DNA of 62,993 bases, filler included, from Octopus bimaculoides (GCF_001194135.2; 4 parts of 3 records of this genome joined end to end with filler, not necessarily neighbours in it); one strand, 5' to 3'; shown: positions 36,345 to 51,949, counted from the whole stretch's first letter. Translations and numbers: made by a program. The notes: a model not told the origin generated them from the sequence alone.

Positions 36345-38319
36345 ACAAAAACAGCAGCAGCAGCAGCAACAGCAATAATACCACTATGACAACCATAGCT
36401 GCAGCCAGCCTACAGCTTTATTTGATATTGGTTTAAGCTAGTGCTTAGTTAAGGCACACACACGGTTTGCTTCTGAAACATTTATCTCTTAGGTATGAAA
36501 ACCGCAAGTAATCCTGTTTTTAGTCAGTTTTATTTTCTCGCATTGTATCGTTGACATCAAAGGCAATAATTACGTTTTATTTCTAAAAACTTCTCTGACA
36601 TGAAAAGTATTCTATTACAGCGAAAATGAAAAAAACACAAAGTCTAGACTTTCTTTAGCGATAATTAAAGGAATGTTATAAATTCGTAATTATTGTTATT
36701 ATTGGTTAGCTCCAAATCAGCTCTGAAAAAAAAAAGCACAGAGAACGCCTTTGATTAAACTCAAACGAAGAGAACAGTCTGTCAACAGTTTTTTAGAAAC
36801 TGCATTTTAGACAAAGTCTTCAAACGCATATTTCATAGCAGTTTCTTAAAGCCTTTAACTCTTACTTCACAGAATCATGAGATAAACATGATCCATTAAA
36901 TCTATCTTCTTTAGATCCTTCTTCAACAGTGCCAAAAATACACCGCTCACAGAATTGTTAAAACTAACAGTGAATTGACAATTGCAAAGTATACGTTAAA
37001 TTCTTCCAAGACAAGGTTGAATACATCTGATATGTTGAACTAGAATCACTGGAATTTTCACTTCATAAAATATTTGTCTTATGTTATTTTAGATTCTGCT
37101 ATCTATTTTCACAACATTTTAAACTTCATTCTGAGAGCTGCGAATTTTCTCTAATTTTACTCTTTTCTCTGCTATTTATTGTTTAAAATGATCCTATCAA
37201 GTCTGACTTAATTACTTTATTCTAATCCTTACTATGAGTTTTCGTGCTGGAAACATCTACAATTTCTAATCTGATTCCGTGTAGAAAACAAATTTGTTAT
37301 TGTTGTGTCGACGCCCCGAGGCGAAGAAGTAGGTTCCTCTCAAGACATATAAATAGAGGTAGTCTGGACGTAGTATATGTGTTGAGTGGCAGTTGTGTAG
37401 CGGTTGAGTAGCGATCATCCGAAGATGCTAGATAGCAGTAGCTTGAGACATAAGAGTTATATGTAGTCAAATACACGAAATTGTGGATGGTGTACACTAC
37501 CCTTATCCGATAAACTGATACAAAATTATCTAAGTAATAACTTGGTGATCCGTTTTGGCTTCTCTGTGATCACATTGTTGCATTCAGAATATCTCATCTG
37601 AACCTATCGGAACTATCTTGCAAAGTTTAAGAAACTTTTTCTTCTCCTATTCTTTCCGCTGTTCATATCAAATGCTAACTTGTGTCTTCGCTGTAATTGA
37701 AGCCACCAAATAAGACTAATTGGTGATGCAATCATTTTTGTAAAAACCTTGTGGAATCTCTTAAAAGGATAGACAAATCCATTTCTATAAAATAGGGAAC
37801 CTTTAAAGGGACCTTTAAGTATTAGTATGGCATTCTCACACATGATTTTCAATTTTAACCTTCCCTGTTATCTATGAATACTTTTATACTTGATTTTGTT
37901 CTTCCAGCTAACATGTGAAAACGGTACATCGTTAGAATTCAACATTTTTGTTAAAATGGATATTTTATGCAGTATCTTGTGCTATAGCACAAGATAGATA
38001 ATTACTCAAAGAGCCGTGCAATGCAATTGAATCTGGTATCATATGGAACTTTTTTATGTATACCTGTGATTGTATTTTACTGGACTGGGTATGATAAAAA
38101 AATTAGTAATTTCATTTCTCCTGAGATTGTAATTCTGAACGTAGAAAATTGAAACAAAACTCCACGAAGCCTTTAATCTGGCATTCTCCTGTTTCGATCT
38201 CACTAAAATGCAACAGAAGCGATTGCATTATCAAACTAGCGGAGCAATATATTTTCAGTAAAAATCTGATTCTACTATCATCATAATTACTAACAAATTT
38301 CTCCTACAATTAATGCTGT

Positions 38320-38357
38320 GGCTGCTGCTGCTGCCGCTGCTGCTGCCACTACTACTG

Positions 38358-38442
<85 letters not shown>

Positions 38443-38447
38443 TGCTG
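38320..38447 (+). repeat. Compound triplet repeat (GCT)n(ACT)n(AAT)n
   Basis: Direct read. Confidence 0.95.
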
Positions 38448-40291
38448 CAACTGCCGCTTCTGTTATTGCTACTGTTATAAAAAGGATAAGGATTTGTATA
38501 ATGCAACATTCTGAAACATCTCAAAAACGAAAAATTATTCCCTTCTTTTCCTGTGTTTAATTATTTACTCTTAGTGAGATGATGGGCTGCAGGCTTTGTA
38601 GATCACCAGATAAAACGCATTAAGGCATTTAGCAAAAACTTTTGCTTTCATAAAATAAATACCAAAGTAGAATAAACCTGATCCTCCAAAACTTGTTACT
38701 TAGTATCACAGCAAGAAAGGAATGCTGCTGGAAATATCAAGCGAATAATCACCATAATAGGCTCTAGCATCTTGAAAAAATAAGAAAGAAGGGATTGTAA
38801 TCTGGATAAGCAATGCTTGAAACAATGGCATGATCAAATCTGAAATGACTTTGATTACAAGACTTACTTGGGGTTCAACAGCAGCAGAAAATTTTACATA
38901 TTCATTTTCTATAAATATATTTGAATCCATCTACACTGACTATGGTATAGTTTATAAAAATTCTGATTAAAAAAAAAACGTCTGTTAAATCATGGAATCG
39001 ACCAGGTTTTGGTTATCGATTTACGTCACAAATTTGGTGTTTACGAACTTATTTGCATATTTATATGAAGATTGATGTACCATGTGTTAGATGTAAATTT
39101 CTCCAACACCCTTTCCTAACATTTTTCCCTACTAACCTTTCCATAATATATACGTTGATGTGTGATTCCATCAAAGTAAAATAAAAGAAAATAAAAAGGC
39201 AGCAAGAATTGTTAATCAGATTGTCTCCTCGTGAAATAATTTTTTTCCTTTCATTACATCCACAAAACAAAATTCTACATCCTCTGAAAACATTAACTGT
39301 TTATTTATTGATGCAATTTCCAGTGTAACCCCCTATTTCGGTTAAGACTCTTCATTTACAACTATAATGAAATATATTTTAGCCGTGCCAGTCCTTTGTC
39401 TTTTACAGGTATTGGGCTGTATTGTATGAGACATTTTTAGATAGAAAAGGTGAATCTGAAGACTATGTACTTGTATTTCTAACAAGTTGTTTGACTCTCT
39501 AGAGGAGTTCCATTAGCTCGATTATTTGCATGTTTTGATTTGAAAATAATACCATGTAATTTTGATGATGGTTAGTATCATATTCTGTTGAGTCGTTGAG
39601 ACGCCACAGAGGATCTCATCTTCATATAAAGTGAGTTAATTAAATCGATTTGAGAGAGATCACTTTCAATGAGCACTCTCTGTAATATTATAAATCAAAA
39701 GTGCAAGATAGCATTTTCTATGACTTGAACTATTTGCGATATCAATCTTTACATAAAAATAACCCCTTCATTAAAGATAGGTGTTTTCTGAAATATTTTA
39801 AACGTATGTTTATTCTCAAAAGGCATCCTAGTTGACAGGACTAATCGACTATTCAAAAATCGATAACAAGCCTCAGGTCTGCCACTGTTTTAGTTGTTGC
39901 CGGCAGAAGGGATCTCTGATCAAAACTATGTCAAACGTGACCAAGGCCTTAAAAGGATTTCAGGTTCCCGAGAAAAGGAATATAGCGGGGCCTATATTGC
40001 TTATGCACTGACACCAAGAGACAAAATAAATCGATTTGCACTGGCCGCTTGACATTCGGACCATCCTCGGGCAACTGCTTGGTGCATCTATTTTGTAAGT
40101 CAATACTGACCTCTCCCTCCAAGTGACAAGCTGTCGCTCCAAAAATCTCATCATCCAATGTTTCCTTTTCAAAGCGGTAGCATGTAATTTGAGAGGGTGA
40201 TCTAGCTTTTATTTTTAGTAAACTGAGAGTCCATGAAAATTCTCTGGAATTTAATAAGGTTGATAAATGTGTTTTTGTGACACCATCAATC

Positions 40292-40335
<44 letters not shown>

Positions 40336-41124
40336 GTTAAAACGCAGTAGACATTCAGTTAAACATACTTAACATACCGAAGAGCTACGCAAGAAAAATT
40401 TGCAATAACACACTGACGAGCTCTGCATTGATATTCTAACTGATCAATGAGTATGCACAGGCACAAGACCAAAACATTATTAATACAGATCCAACACAAC
40501 GCCAACACACTTTAAAAATAGCCATACTAAGAACAAATTGTAAATGTACAATCAAAATGCATCACCTGCAATAACTCAACACATATTTTCAACAATCATT
40601 AAACAACAGAAACACAACCAGTTCGTTGCAGTTGTCATTCAACGTATGTAGAAGGCACAATATTTCCATATATCTTTGCTAACCACTTGAAACAAAGAAG
40701 TAAAAAGATCGTCAAAGAACATATCTCGAACCATTCGCATTGAATTCTGTTTGTTGTATATATGTGTGTGAGAGTGCGTGCGTGTATGTGTGTGTTTTGC
40801 ATTCCTCATTATAGGAATTGTTCCATAAAAAAAATATAGTGTGCACATTGTCAAAAAAAAAAAAGGGGCACATAGTCATAGGAACCTGTGTCATTTCTTG
40901 TATAATGGCATAATCAAAGTATACTTATGTTCCTATACATATGTACTAAAAGGCATTAGTTGATATAAATATTTGGAATCTCGCTCATATTCACGTAACT
41001 ACTGGTACAAGTATGCATTGTGTGCATACATTTTCCTTTTTCCTAACATCACTTTGCACACATATAGATATATCATAGACAAAACACACACACACACACA
41101 CGCACACACACACACACACATATA

Positions 41125-41173
<49 letters not shown>

Positions 41174-41384
41174 ACGTATATGTTTATACACATAATTTCA
41201 CATGTCTGTAATGTTTTGCAAAGAAAGTGACACCAGTTACGTATCCTTTATGACAGCAAGAGTTTTCTGTTAACTTTTTTTGTTTCAAAATAGTTTTTCA
41301 TTTAATTTAAGGACCCAAAAAATGTATTGGAACACTAAAATGTTTTTAGAATAAATGTCTTCTCCTCCTTTCTTTTCTTTCTTT

Positions 41385-41454
<70 letters not shown>

Positions 41455-41480
41455 TTTCTTTCATTTCTTTTCATTCTTTC
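41385..41480 (+). repeat. (TTTC)n microsatellite
   Basis: Direct read. Confidence 0.95.
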
Positions 41481-41481
41481 T

Positions 41482-41690
41482 AGGCGGCAAGCTGGATGAA
41501 TCATTAGTACGCCGTTTAAAATGTTTTTGCGATATTTCGTCCGTCTGAAAGTTCTTAGTTCAAATTCCGCCGTGGTCGACTTTGCCTTTCATCATTTCGG
41601 GGTTGATAAAATAAGTACCAGTTGGACACTGGATCGATTTAATCGACTTAGCCACTCCCCCGAACTTGGTGGTATTGTGGCAAAATTTTA
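41482..41690 (+). mobile_element. tRNA-headed SINE, family B (core resembles the MetaSINE/Sauria-type core; tentative)
   Basis: ggcggcaagctgg...agttcaaattccgccgtggtcgactttgcctttcatcatttcggggttgataaaataagtaccag. Copies at about 49335-49545, 57828-58030, 58055-58185 and 61245-61345 (+), and 7270-7420, 53560-53765 and 54545-54770 (-). Confidence 0.8.
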
Positions 41691-41716
41691 AACGAATATA
41701 TCGTTATATATATATA

Positions 41717-42977
41717 CAGGATTTTGACAAATTAATGAAAACACCTAGCACCATAGCGTCATAATTTTGAAATATCTATAAAACCGTCAAAAGGTTGTTT
41801 ATGTTTATGTTTTTGATTTATTATTAGTGTTGCCTAATATGTTTTGCTAAAATTGCTGTTTCTTTTCAGATATCATCAGAAAAAGGTATTGAAAATTCAT
41901 TAAAATGACAGACCTATCGGATTTTCAAAGAGGTGAAATTGTTGGCGCTCGTATGGCAGGCGCTAACGTAACAGCCGAAATGTTTGGTGTATCAAGAATT
42001 ACTGTCTGGAAGGTAATGGCAGCCTTTGAGAAAGAGGGAAAAACCTCCTCGTCAAAACAAAACCGCGGAAGACACCAAACCTTATTAGATAAGAACCGTC
42101 AGCTTTTAGGTGAATTGTTAGAAAAGATCACAAAGGTACAGCTCCCAAAATTACTGCAGAGCTTAATGACCATCTCAAGAACCAAGTTTCCACAAAATCT
42201 GTTCGCCGGGAGCTGCACAAAGCCGGATTTCACGGGAGAGCTGCAACCAGAAAACCCCTACTTAAAAACAAAACAAAAAAAAAACAACAACCGTTGCACA
42301 GCCTTTAGAGTGGAGCAAAAACCTACGGAATTGCTCCCTAGAGCAGTAGAAGAATGTTATTTTCTCGGACGAGTCACTCCTTACCTTATTTCCGACCACG
42401 GCCGAGTATACGTGTGGAGACAACCAAAAGAAGCATTTGACCCAGACTGCCTTCTTCCAACTGTTAAACATAGAGGAGGATCTGAGATGATCTGGGTGGC
42501 TATAACTTGGAAATCTGCCGGCCCAATGGCTTCCTTTCATCGTAGATTTAATATTCAAGACTATTTAAGAATTTTATCTGATCAAATCCATCCTATGGTT
42601 GCGGAACTGTTTCTGGAGGAAAATGCAATCATTCAGGATGATAATGCACCATTTCACGTAGCTAAAGTTGTTACAGTATGGCACGAGGAATATTCTTGAA
42701 TATCTTATCTGGCCACCACAGTCGCCAGATCTCAATATTATTGAACACTTATGGTGCATTTTAGAAAAAAACAAATAAGGAGTCGATATCCTCCACCATC
42801 ATCACTACGAGAACTGGAGACTGTTTTAGCTGGAGAATGGACAAAATTTCCTTTGGAAACAATCCAAACTTTGTACGATTCCATAGCACGTAGAATTCAA
42901 GCTGTAATTACTGCCAATGGCAGTCCTACCCCATATTAAAATAAATTTATTTGAAATTTTAAGGTGTTTACATTATT
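41717..42977 (+). mobile_element. Tc1-like DNA transposon (DD34E type), near full length, transposase disrupted
   Basis: TA plus left TIR CAGGATTTTGACAAATTAATGAAAACACCT. Transposase 41905-42699: HTH MTDLSDFQRGEIVGARMAG..., VWRQPKEAFDPDCLLPTVKHRGGSEMIW, QDDNAPFH; WPPQSPDLNIIEHLW follows after a frameshift. The right TIR (aaggtgtttacattatt) runs into a gap. Confidence 0.92.
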
Positions 42978-43090
42978 NNNNNNNNNNNNNNNNNNNNNNN
43001 NNNNNNNNNNNNNNNNNNNNNNNNNNNNNNNNNNNNNNNNNNNNNNNNNNNNNNNNNNNNNNNNNNNNNNNNNNNNNNNNNNNNNNNNNN

Positions 43091-43125
<35 letters not shown>

Positions 43126-44006
43126 GTATATATATATGTATATGTATATGTATATATGCATATATATGTATATATACACACAGAGTGGAGTATCTGTTTG
43201 CTAATCTAATTCATTTCTGAAGACCAATCGTCCTCCAAAATGCTCGTAAAACGAAATATTTTCCTCATGGTAATTCAAGAGAAGGCACGACGAATTGGAA
43301 CAAGCATGTGTATTGAGCGAAAGCTAGACAGCAACTGACCCTCTCCTGTGGATACACTCCAGCTTGTTCCCAACCGTTTTTGCCGGTTTGCGTGTTCGTT
43401 CCTTGAGAAACAGAGGCACTTTATGTCCATGCGGAAAATTGTTCCTAAGCCAAGGTCCCCCTCCTTCACTTCACTCTGTCCCCTTTTTTTCTCGTCCCTC
43501 CCTATTCTTCTATGCCTCTGCCTCTACCTCTCTCCTCTCTCTCTCCACGTGACCCGTGTTCGGCCAAATCAGACCTTTATGTCTTGGTTCGACTTCCATC
43601 CTTGCAACATCTATATTCCTCCACATGCCTGACATCTCTTATGTTCCTGCCGTAAAGCTTCACTTCCACACTCGCCAGCTTAATTTAATTCGTCCTTAGT
43701 CGAAAGACACCTGTTGATAATGTCCTGTTATTTGCATTTGTATTTGTGTACCATTTCTGGGTTTTTTCCGTCCTTGTTTTCGTATACATTCGCTGCTTTC
43801 TTCCAAGGAATCTAGTGCTCTTAGCTTAGTTTCTCCTTGGGGCTAGCCAGATTGGAGCAATCTCGAGTATAACCAGCCGAAATTGCAAAGATAATCTGGA
43901 ACTCGACTGAGGAAAGCAAACTCCGAATGACCTGTAATTGTTTTTTCTTGTCCCTTTTTTGTATCATGTCAGGACGTTTTGCGTTCTTGTCCCATTGTTT
44001 GTATTG

Positions 44007-44065
<59 letters not shown>

Positions 44066-44965
44066 TCCCCCCACACACATATTTATATGCTGAGTTGGGG
44101 CCGCGAATACGATCCACCTTTCTCTCAGATTATAGCTGATATTACATCCTGGCAAACGATTTCTACCTGCTTGGGAAAAGAATGTCATACTTACGGCTGG
44201 AGCGCCTGTCGTCATAAAAATGCCGAAATAAAGATGACATGAGAGAAAGCAACAAATAAACCAATCATGATCTTTTGCGAATTCGCTGGAAATGTAAAAA
44301 AATTGCGACCAAATCTATATAAAATCACACTGCAGAATATCTAAAAACAACCATTGGATAATATTCTTTACGATATACGAGCAAGAAAGCTGCGGCGGCA
44401 ACGTATGATATCAGCTCGATCAGGAATAACCTCGAGTAAACAATAGCAACTTAAGAAACATCTACTTGGTTAAATAACAAATGTTAGTCGACCTACTAGA
44501 AAGTTTAGTCAAAGTTCAATACCACTAGAGCTTTTAGAAAGATTCCTTGTCCCATGTCGTTATTGAAATGCAAAAATTTGGAAGGTCACGGTTGGAATGA
44601 TTTCCTCAAATATAGCGAGCCAGACAGTAAATATTCCCCAAAATGAGGAATTCTGAACGACACTCTCAACTATTCCTGTGTTATTTACCCTTTCTGATGC
44701 TTGTATATTGCCATTTCCTATATTTCTATGCCAAAATAAACACTAATAATAATAGCAACATATAAAGCTCACTAAGTTAGCGAGTTAGCACACACAAATT
44801 CAGACACACACATGTTTATATATAAATATGTGTGTATTTATAGTTATGTGAGTATATATACATATGTATGTGTGTGAGTGTGTGTGAGTGTGTGTGTGTA
44901 CATACATACACATCTATCGATATATCTACATACATATACATGCATATATGCGTATATATATATTA

Positions 44966-45011
<46 letters not shown>

Positions 45012-46124
45012 AATGCATACATGCATACATACAGATGTACTCTCACACATGCACACACCTATGCACATGTTGTCAGGTACGATGTTTTGTTAAAACACAC
45101 GTGTACACAGGTTTGTAGGCGAATACTAATGAACAGAGATGTGTATAAATATTACATGTACGAAAGTAAATATGTGCTCACATTAATACGCCTCCGCTTG
45201 TCAACAAATTTCAGAATTATTCAGTATACCTAATAACATGAACGAAATGACTCCTGTGTTTTTGACACACACATGCAGTTTTATGTGTGCGTGTGTCTAT
45301 ATCTATACATATATTTATATATGTGTGTGTATGTGTGTGTGTATGCGTGGTGCGCGCGTGTGTGGATGAGTGTGAGTGTGTGGGTGTTTGTGTGTCGAAT
45401 TACAAATATTATTGTTGATTTCTCCGTCACCAATAATTGAAAGCCAAGCGACGTGTTTATACAATTATTACTGTCAATTGAACGGTTGGAGTCTTTAGAT
45501 AAACACAGTCTCACCATACCAGGCTTGAGTAAGGAAATGCAATGCAATGGAAGAAATTATTCTTTTCTTGCTACGTAAAAAGCCTAGCTGGATGGTGGTA
45601 GATATCCAATTGTGCTGTTTAGGCATTAATCGAAATGTTAGAAACAAGGAATATATTTCAAGAACGTGTGAATAGAAAATGGTTCGAGGATTCTCGCTAG
45701 ATTTCGAGTTCACCAGAAATTTAAAGTTATAGATGGCTAATTAGGTATTTCATTTGACTGTCAACTGTATTTTATTGCACACGCACAACTTAGAAAACCA
45801 CACAAGATTTTGAATTACACAATGAGTAAACTAATTCTAGACATACTTATTTAGCAAATCATTTACAAAAAGATATGAGATCAAAAATCCATGATAACGT
45901 TTTTTTAAACAAAATGTCGAAGATATTAATTCGAGCTAGTTTAGATTAATTCCTGTTGGCTACGCAAGGGAATAAGAGTGAGTGGGAAAGTAAGAAAGAG
46001 AGAATGAAACTGAGATGGAAAAAGTAAGCAATATAGAAAGACAGATACACACACACATACATACATACGTATGTGTGTGTATGTGTGTGTATGCGTGTGT
46101 GTATAAAGATAAATAAATAAATAC

Positions 46125-46156
<32 letters not shown>

Positions 46157-47998
46157 ATAGATAGAAAGAGAAAAGAGAGATAGTGTGTGTGGGTGGGAGA
46201 GAAAATTCTAAAACGTTGAATGCCGTTGGTCGATGTGATTGATGAGTTTAGTATTGGGTTTAGTAGCTGATACAGTTGAGATAACAGAGTGACTTTAATG
46301 CTGCATACCTTGCTTCATCAGAAGAAGATAAGAACCTAAACAGATTACAAAAATGATAAAAAGATGTAGATAAAGTGGAAAGGTAATCTAGATGCTGCAG
46401 TTCACTAGCAAACAATAGTTTATTAATCATTCTTCATCTGCTTTGATAATCAACATAGGTATCTTCAAAGGAGCTGAGTAAACATTAAAGTTCTTATGAC
46501 TACTTTGTTGCCAGAGCATACTAATATTCATCAATGTTGTTTAAAAGTACAAAGGCAAAGGCTATGATCAGCTTCGTTTTCAGTGTGATATCTCAATCAG
46601 AGTTGTACTTAAAAGTGAAACTTAATCTTGATAGATATTTTTACATAAATTAAATAATGCACCCACGAAAGAATGATTCTTTTTTAGAACTGTTTGCAGC
46701 TTCCTCAAAACAACGAATAATTCGACATTTTCTTACAACACTCCGACTATTCCAACATTGGTGTACGTGCCTGTTGCGTAAAAGAGAATACAGTATGTAG
46801 CGAAATCTTTCACTTTCTTTTCGCTGTTATAATACAGATCTGAGAAAAGAGGCCGAGAGCAATACTGCAGGTGCCAAATACAAGTCTCCTGTCAGATGCC
46901 AATAAATGTTGAAGCCAGCTCGCAGTTCTGAAGATTTGAAATTTGTGATTTCTAATTACTCAGATTTAGTGTACAATCTTGTTCACAATTCTAAAATTTC
47001 AATTCAGTATCAACTTGCTTGTTTTATCAAATATTTCCAATATCTTTTATATGCAAATATTGCTTTTCCATGTTTCGTCAAAACGTCATTAGTCAACATA
47101 TACATAAAAGAAGACAAGATGTGAATAAATTCTATATTAAGTTTAGCAGTTGAGTAGCTTGGTATTAGTGAGGAGTACAAGTTAGTTATGTAGAATAAAA
47201 TAAAATAAACATTATCGCTCCGAAACAACCAATGACAAATTAGTTCTATGCTGAGTCAGTGACGCTAAGCCAACCCCAAATCAGCCGTGCTAAAATGTCT
47301 TTAATCCGCATCTTAGAGAATAAAATGTCATGGAAATTGGATTATAATTTCTGACTAAATTCACTTTGAAATCGTTGTATACGAAAATATGATTTTTTTC
47401 ATTAAGTACAAAACATCCATACATCTTTAGAGATGGGAGATATTATGTTCCGACTTTCATTCAGTTTCCAAGGTCATTTATTGTGAAAAGAAGGGAAGAA
47501 AAACGCTTCAAATGGGTCTAAAGCCGGATCGCAAACTAAACACAGGGAAGAGGCATGAAAACTGGCTCTTAACTATGTTTATAGCATTAAGGAAATTACA
47601 AGTAATGAGAAAAGTATTTGTAGAAATAGCTTATAGTCTGGAAAGTAAGCATAAAAAGCTAAAGTAAATAGAATCGTAATTTCATATAACCTTTGTTCAG
47701 TTTAGATTCAATTTACGTAAATTTATCAGCCAATTGACATGAAAGGCAAACAGAAAAATGACCAATTCAAAATCGTGTGTGTTAGGCAGTGAATAGAGTA
47801 AACTACCTTAGAAATGATTAAGGCAAGTGCATGTATATGCATGTGCGTATGTATACATGTATATACTTGAATACGTATGCGCGCACACACACACACACAT
47901 ATATATAAATATGTGTATATATATCTATATATGTAGATATATAAATGTGTGTATGTATATTGTGCATGTGTGCATGTTTATACACATATTACTATAGA

Positions 47999-48058
<60 letters not shown>

Positions 48059-48103
48059 TATGTATATACATTTATGTATGTACATATATATGTACATACA
48101 TAA

Positions 48104-48150
<47 letters not shown>

Positions 48151-49251
48151 CATATATATATATATATATACATGTATACGTACATACACACACATACACA
48201 CGCACACATATATAGATACAAACAGATGCAAACTTACTTACGTACACGTATGCTTAGGTAGACAATCGTGTTTATACATAAGCATTGAAGCTATATAATA
48301 AAAATACAAATAATCAAACACATAGATAATTCTGAATTTGAATGTCTTTTCCCTCCAAAACTCAATTTCTTCTAAACTAATACAAATAGACACAGCTATA
48401 CACACATACACATATGTATATAATTATATCCAATGTAGAATTAATGCATATGCCTCAACAAACGACTAGGCACGAGATAATATGTTTCAATAATTGAGTT
48501 TTCTGACCGCACCATATATTATCTACTGTTCAGAGAAAATGGAGTCAGTATAGTAAAATTGTGTCTGAACGGTAAATACGTACGTTAAACATATATAAAT
48601 ACCAATTAAATTTTACATTCAAAATTATATTTCAAATCGGAAACTTATATCTCAGGCAACGAAAGGCAGAAGTCAATATTTGTTAAGCTTTCAGTAGCGT
48701 ATTAGGATTTTCCTTTCGATTCGTCTACATACTGAAACAATTTATCTCATAGGATGTGGTGCCTTAGATGTTGTAAACGTTGAATATGATATGAATATCA
48801 TTTATGCTAAAATATATTACTCATTTTCTTCACCCTCCGGAGTTACAAGAGCTAGTTTCGCAGGCATATCCCCGACGCTACTATGATGCTTTCAATATTT
48901 AAATACTTGATTCTTTCAAGTCTTGAAAATTTATATATAATTGTTGAATATTGTTCACCCAAATACGTTTAATACTGAGCGCTGTATTGATATCTGCCAG
49001 GGTTTTTAATCGCTTTTTTTTTCGTTTATATATATATATATATATATATATATNNNNNNNNNNNNNNNNNNNNNNNNNNNNNNNNNNNNNNNNNNNNTTA
49101 ATTAATTAANNNNNNNNNNNNNNNNNNNNNNNNNNNNNNNNNNNNNNNNNNNNAAGCACGTTATAAAAATAAAACTACTGAATAATAATAATAATAAAGT
49201 TTTTCCATTTCTTTTAGGGAAACGTTGTCATCTGCTGGTATTGATACATCA

Positions 49252-49331
<80 letters not shown>
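49252..49331 (+). repeat. (TAT)n microsatellite
   Basis: Direct read. Confidence 0.95.
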
Positions 49332-49332
<1 letters not shown>

Positions 49333-49559
49333 GAAGGAAGTGAGCTTGCAGAATCATTAGCATTTTGGACAAAATAGTGGCACGTCTTGCAGTTCTTTAT
49401 GCTCTGAGTTCAAATCCTGCTAAGGTCAACTTTGCCTTTCATCTTTTCATGGGTTGGTAAAATAATGTATCACACAAATAGTGGAGTTGATGTAATCAAC
49501 TGGTCCTCTCCCCTCAAAATTTCTGTCCTTGTGCCAAAATTTGAAGCCATTATTGTTGT

Positions 49560-51060
49560 CCCCACAGTCTTCTCTCTAGAAATGATATGGGGACACTTTC
49601 AAAACCCCGACCATGCTGTGGTCTTCTGAAGAATTCTTATTGTTTTCCGCAATAGAGATTCTGAGAGACAGAGATCATTCAACGACATGAGGATCAGAGT
49701 GGCCAAGTAATGAAAGCAATGAGATTTCTGAAAGCCCTTCCTCATATGGAATGCTGTAAAGCAGAGCTGTGTCATCTCACTTACTCTCTCCATCCTCATC
49801 TTCTTTAGCACAATATCCATATAAGCAATACAGAAGAGCTCAGTGAAAAGGACATATTTCTACATTCAATGCTGCACTGATGGAAGACCGTTCAGCTTTT
49901 GGAGAGTAAAGTTCCACACCAAGACAATAGAACAACTTATCAAAGAGCTTCTCTTTGCTGACAATGCTCTATTTGTTGCCCACACAGACTGTAGAACAGT
50001 TTGTATCTGAGGAAAGATCAACTGTTTAACTGACCATCCTCCTGTATGATTGAACCACAGTTTGTCATCTTGGCCACTGGTTGGAACCAGTGCTATCACC
50101 ACCCTTATCATCTTGACCACTTCTACTGATGCTATCTTTGCACTATCTTCAACATCCCCTAGAGCAGTGTTAGATTAATCATTAAGCAAATATAAGCACG
50201 TGCTTAGGGGGGGGGGAAACCACAGATGTGGTAAATGGTTTATTGCACAAAAGAAATCGCTTTAAAGTTGCTAAAATAGTTTTCAAAGTGGTTTATATGA
50301 TTGGAAATAAAAATTTGCAAGTGTTCATTGTGTCACTGAGGATCTGATCAAAGACTTTGCAATGAAAAAAAGGAGAAAACTTTTCTAATATATATAAAGT
50401 GGAAAGATACAAAAATAAACTTTATTTTCCATCTTACTGTTAGTTTTGTTTCATTTTGAAAAATAAAAATTTTTTTATACATTATTATTGTTTGTATTTT
50501 GAATTACATATACATGAGAGCACCAAAATTTCTTAAGTGGTTAGGGCCCCTATGGGTCTTAATCTGCACTAGAATGACTTTATTTCCAGCACTGAAATTC
50601 TCAAAGAGGCTGAAGCCATAAGAATGGAGGCTAATCTATGCAAGCTGCAGCTCTGCTGGGAAGGGCTTGTTTCCATTGATGACAGATCATTGCTTGTCCA
50701 AGATTGGTGTTGCATGGTGGACTCTCAACTGGTTACCATGACAGAATGGCTCTGAAGAAAAGATACAAAAAAATCTCTTCATACCAGTTACATTGTCCAT
50801 TGTCAGTGGCTCACTGTAGGTCCCGATCATGAGGTTTGACAACATACTCCTGACCAGTCAGTCTCCAACTTTGAGAACATATGCAGGGTTGACTTTAAGT
50901 GCACCAGGAGATTGAAGAAGGGCACTGACACAGACATGGAACCCAAAGCAGAATTACCCTTCTACTGTTGGTCCTACCTGTCTTATATTAGCCTTATTAA
51001 CCAGTAATGAGCCTGCAATTGATGGAGACAGCCCCTTAATTAATCTCCAGTCATGAACAT
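49560..51060 (+). mobile_element. Degenerate RTE-BovB-like LINE relic, interrupted by a hAT-like MITE
   Basis: YIQCCTDGRPFSF...HTKTIEQLIKELLFADNALFVAHT at about 49855-49985, and EILKEAEA...KLQLCW... at about 50590-50670. Confidence 0.65.
50165..50571. mobile_element. Non-autonomous hAT-like MITE (copy 1)
   Basis: Short TIRs CAGTGTTAGATTAA / TTAATCTGCACTA. The internal sequence is shared with 60445-61240. No clean target-site duplication seen. Confidence 0.6.
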
Positions 51061-51408
51061 CATTAGGCCAGCTAGAATAAAGGCCTCAACATCCACATTC
51101 TGGTTCTGGGTGTTAAAAAGGTTTGTTAAATTCCATGTTTCCAGCAAAACACAATTTGTTGGAACTCGGTGTTTTATAAGGAAACATTACTTATATTTGT
51201 CTGTCTGTCTGTCTGTCTATGCATGTACAGATGTGCATATATGTATGTATACATATATAAATATATAGATAAATACATATATGCATATGTGTGTGTATGT
51301 ATCATCATCATCGTTTAATGTCTGCTTTCCATGCTGGCATGGATTGGATGGTTTGTATATATATATATATGTGCATGTGTGTGATGTGTGCGTGTGTATG
51401 TATAAAAA

Positions 51409-51446
<38 letters not shown>

Positions 51447-51802
51447 TGTGTGTGTGTGTGTGTATAAAAATATATGTATGTATATNNNNNNNNNNNNNNN
51501 NNNNNNNNNNNNNNNNNNNNNNNNNNNNNNNNNNNNNNNNNNNNNNNNNNNNNNNNNNNNNNAAAAAACAAAAAAAAATCAGAAAATAGATGTAAAATAT
51601 GTAGATAGGATAGATTTCCAAAGACCCTAATGCAATGATGAGCAGCTCTGCTCTGTCTGTCCCAGGCTGGGAGCTGGTGCAAGGGTACTGCATTGTGAAC
51701 ACCACAATGCAATAAGAGATGAGTGAGGAAGGTTTGCTAATTAGGGACAAGAAATGAGAGAGAGACTTCCAGCAAAGGTGTGTATAATTGATTCAAACTC
51801 TC

Positions 51803-51837
<35 letters not shown>

Positions 51838-51949
51838 AATCAATTATACACAATGGGCTTCTTTCAGTGGGTAATGGTGGGTGCATTGTGGACCCACACA
51901 TCTCGTGGAGACCCAGACATTTCATTAAAGTAGTGGAAGGATACAAGTT

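Noticed and set aside
36800-37020. Possible hAT dimerisation-domain relic on the minus strand
   Set aside because: Only scattered residues (CER..., DRFNG) match; too degenerate to support without an HMM search.
37405-37450. Further hammerhead-like fragments (ccgaagatgcta...tagc; also about 40378-40400, 43400-43440 and 48850-48890)
   Set aside because: GAAA or the stems are missing; not distinguishable from chance by eye.
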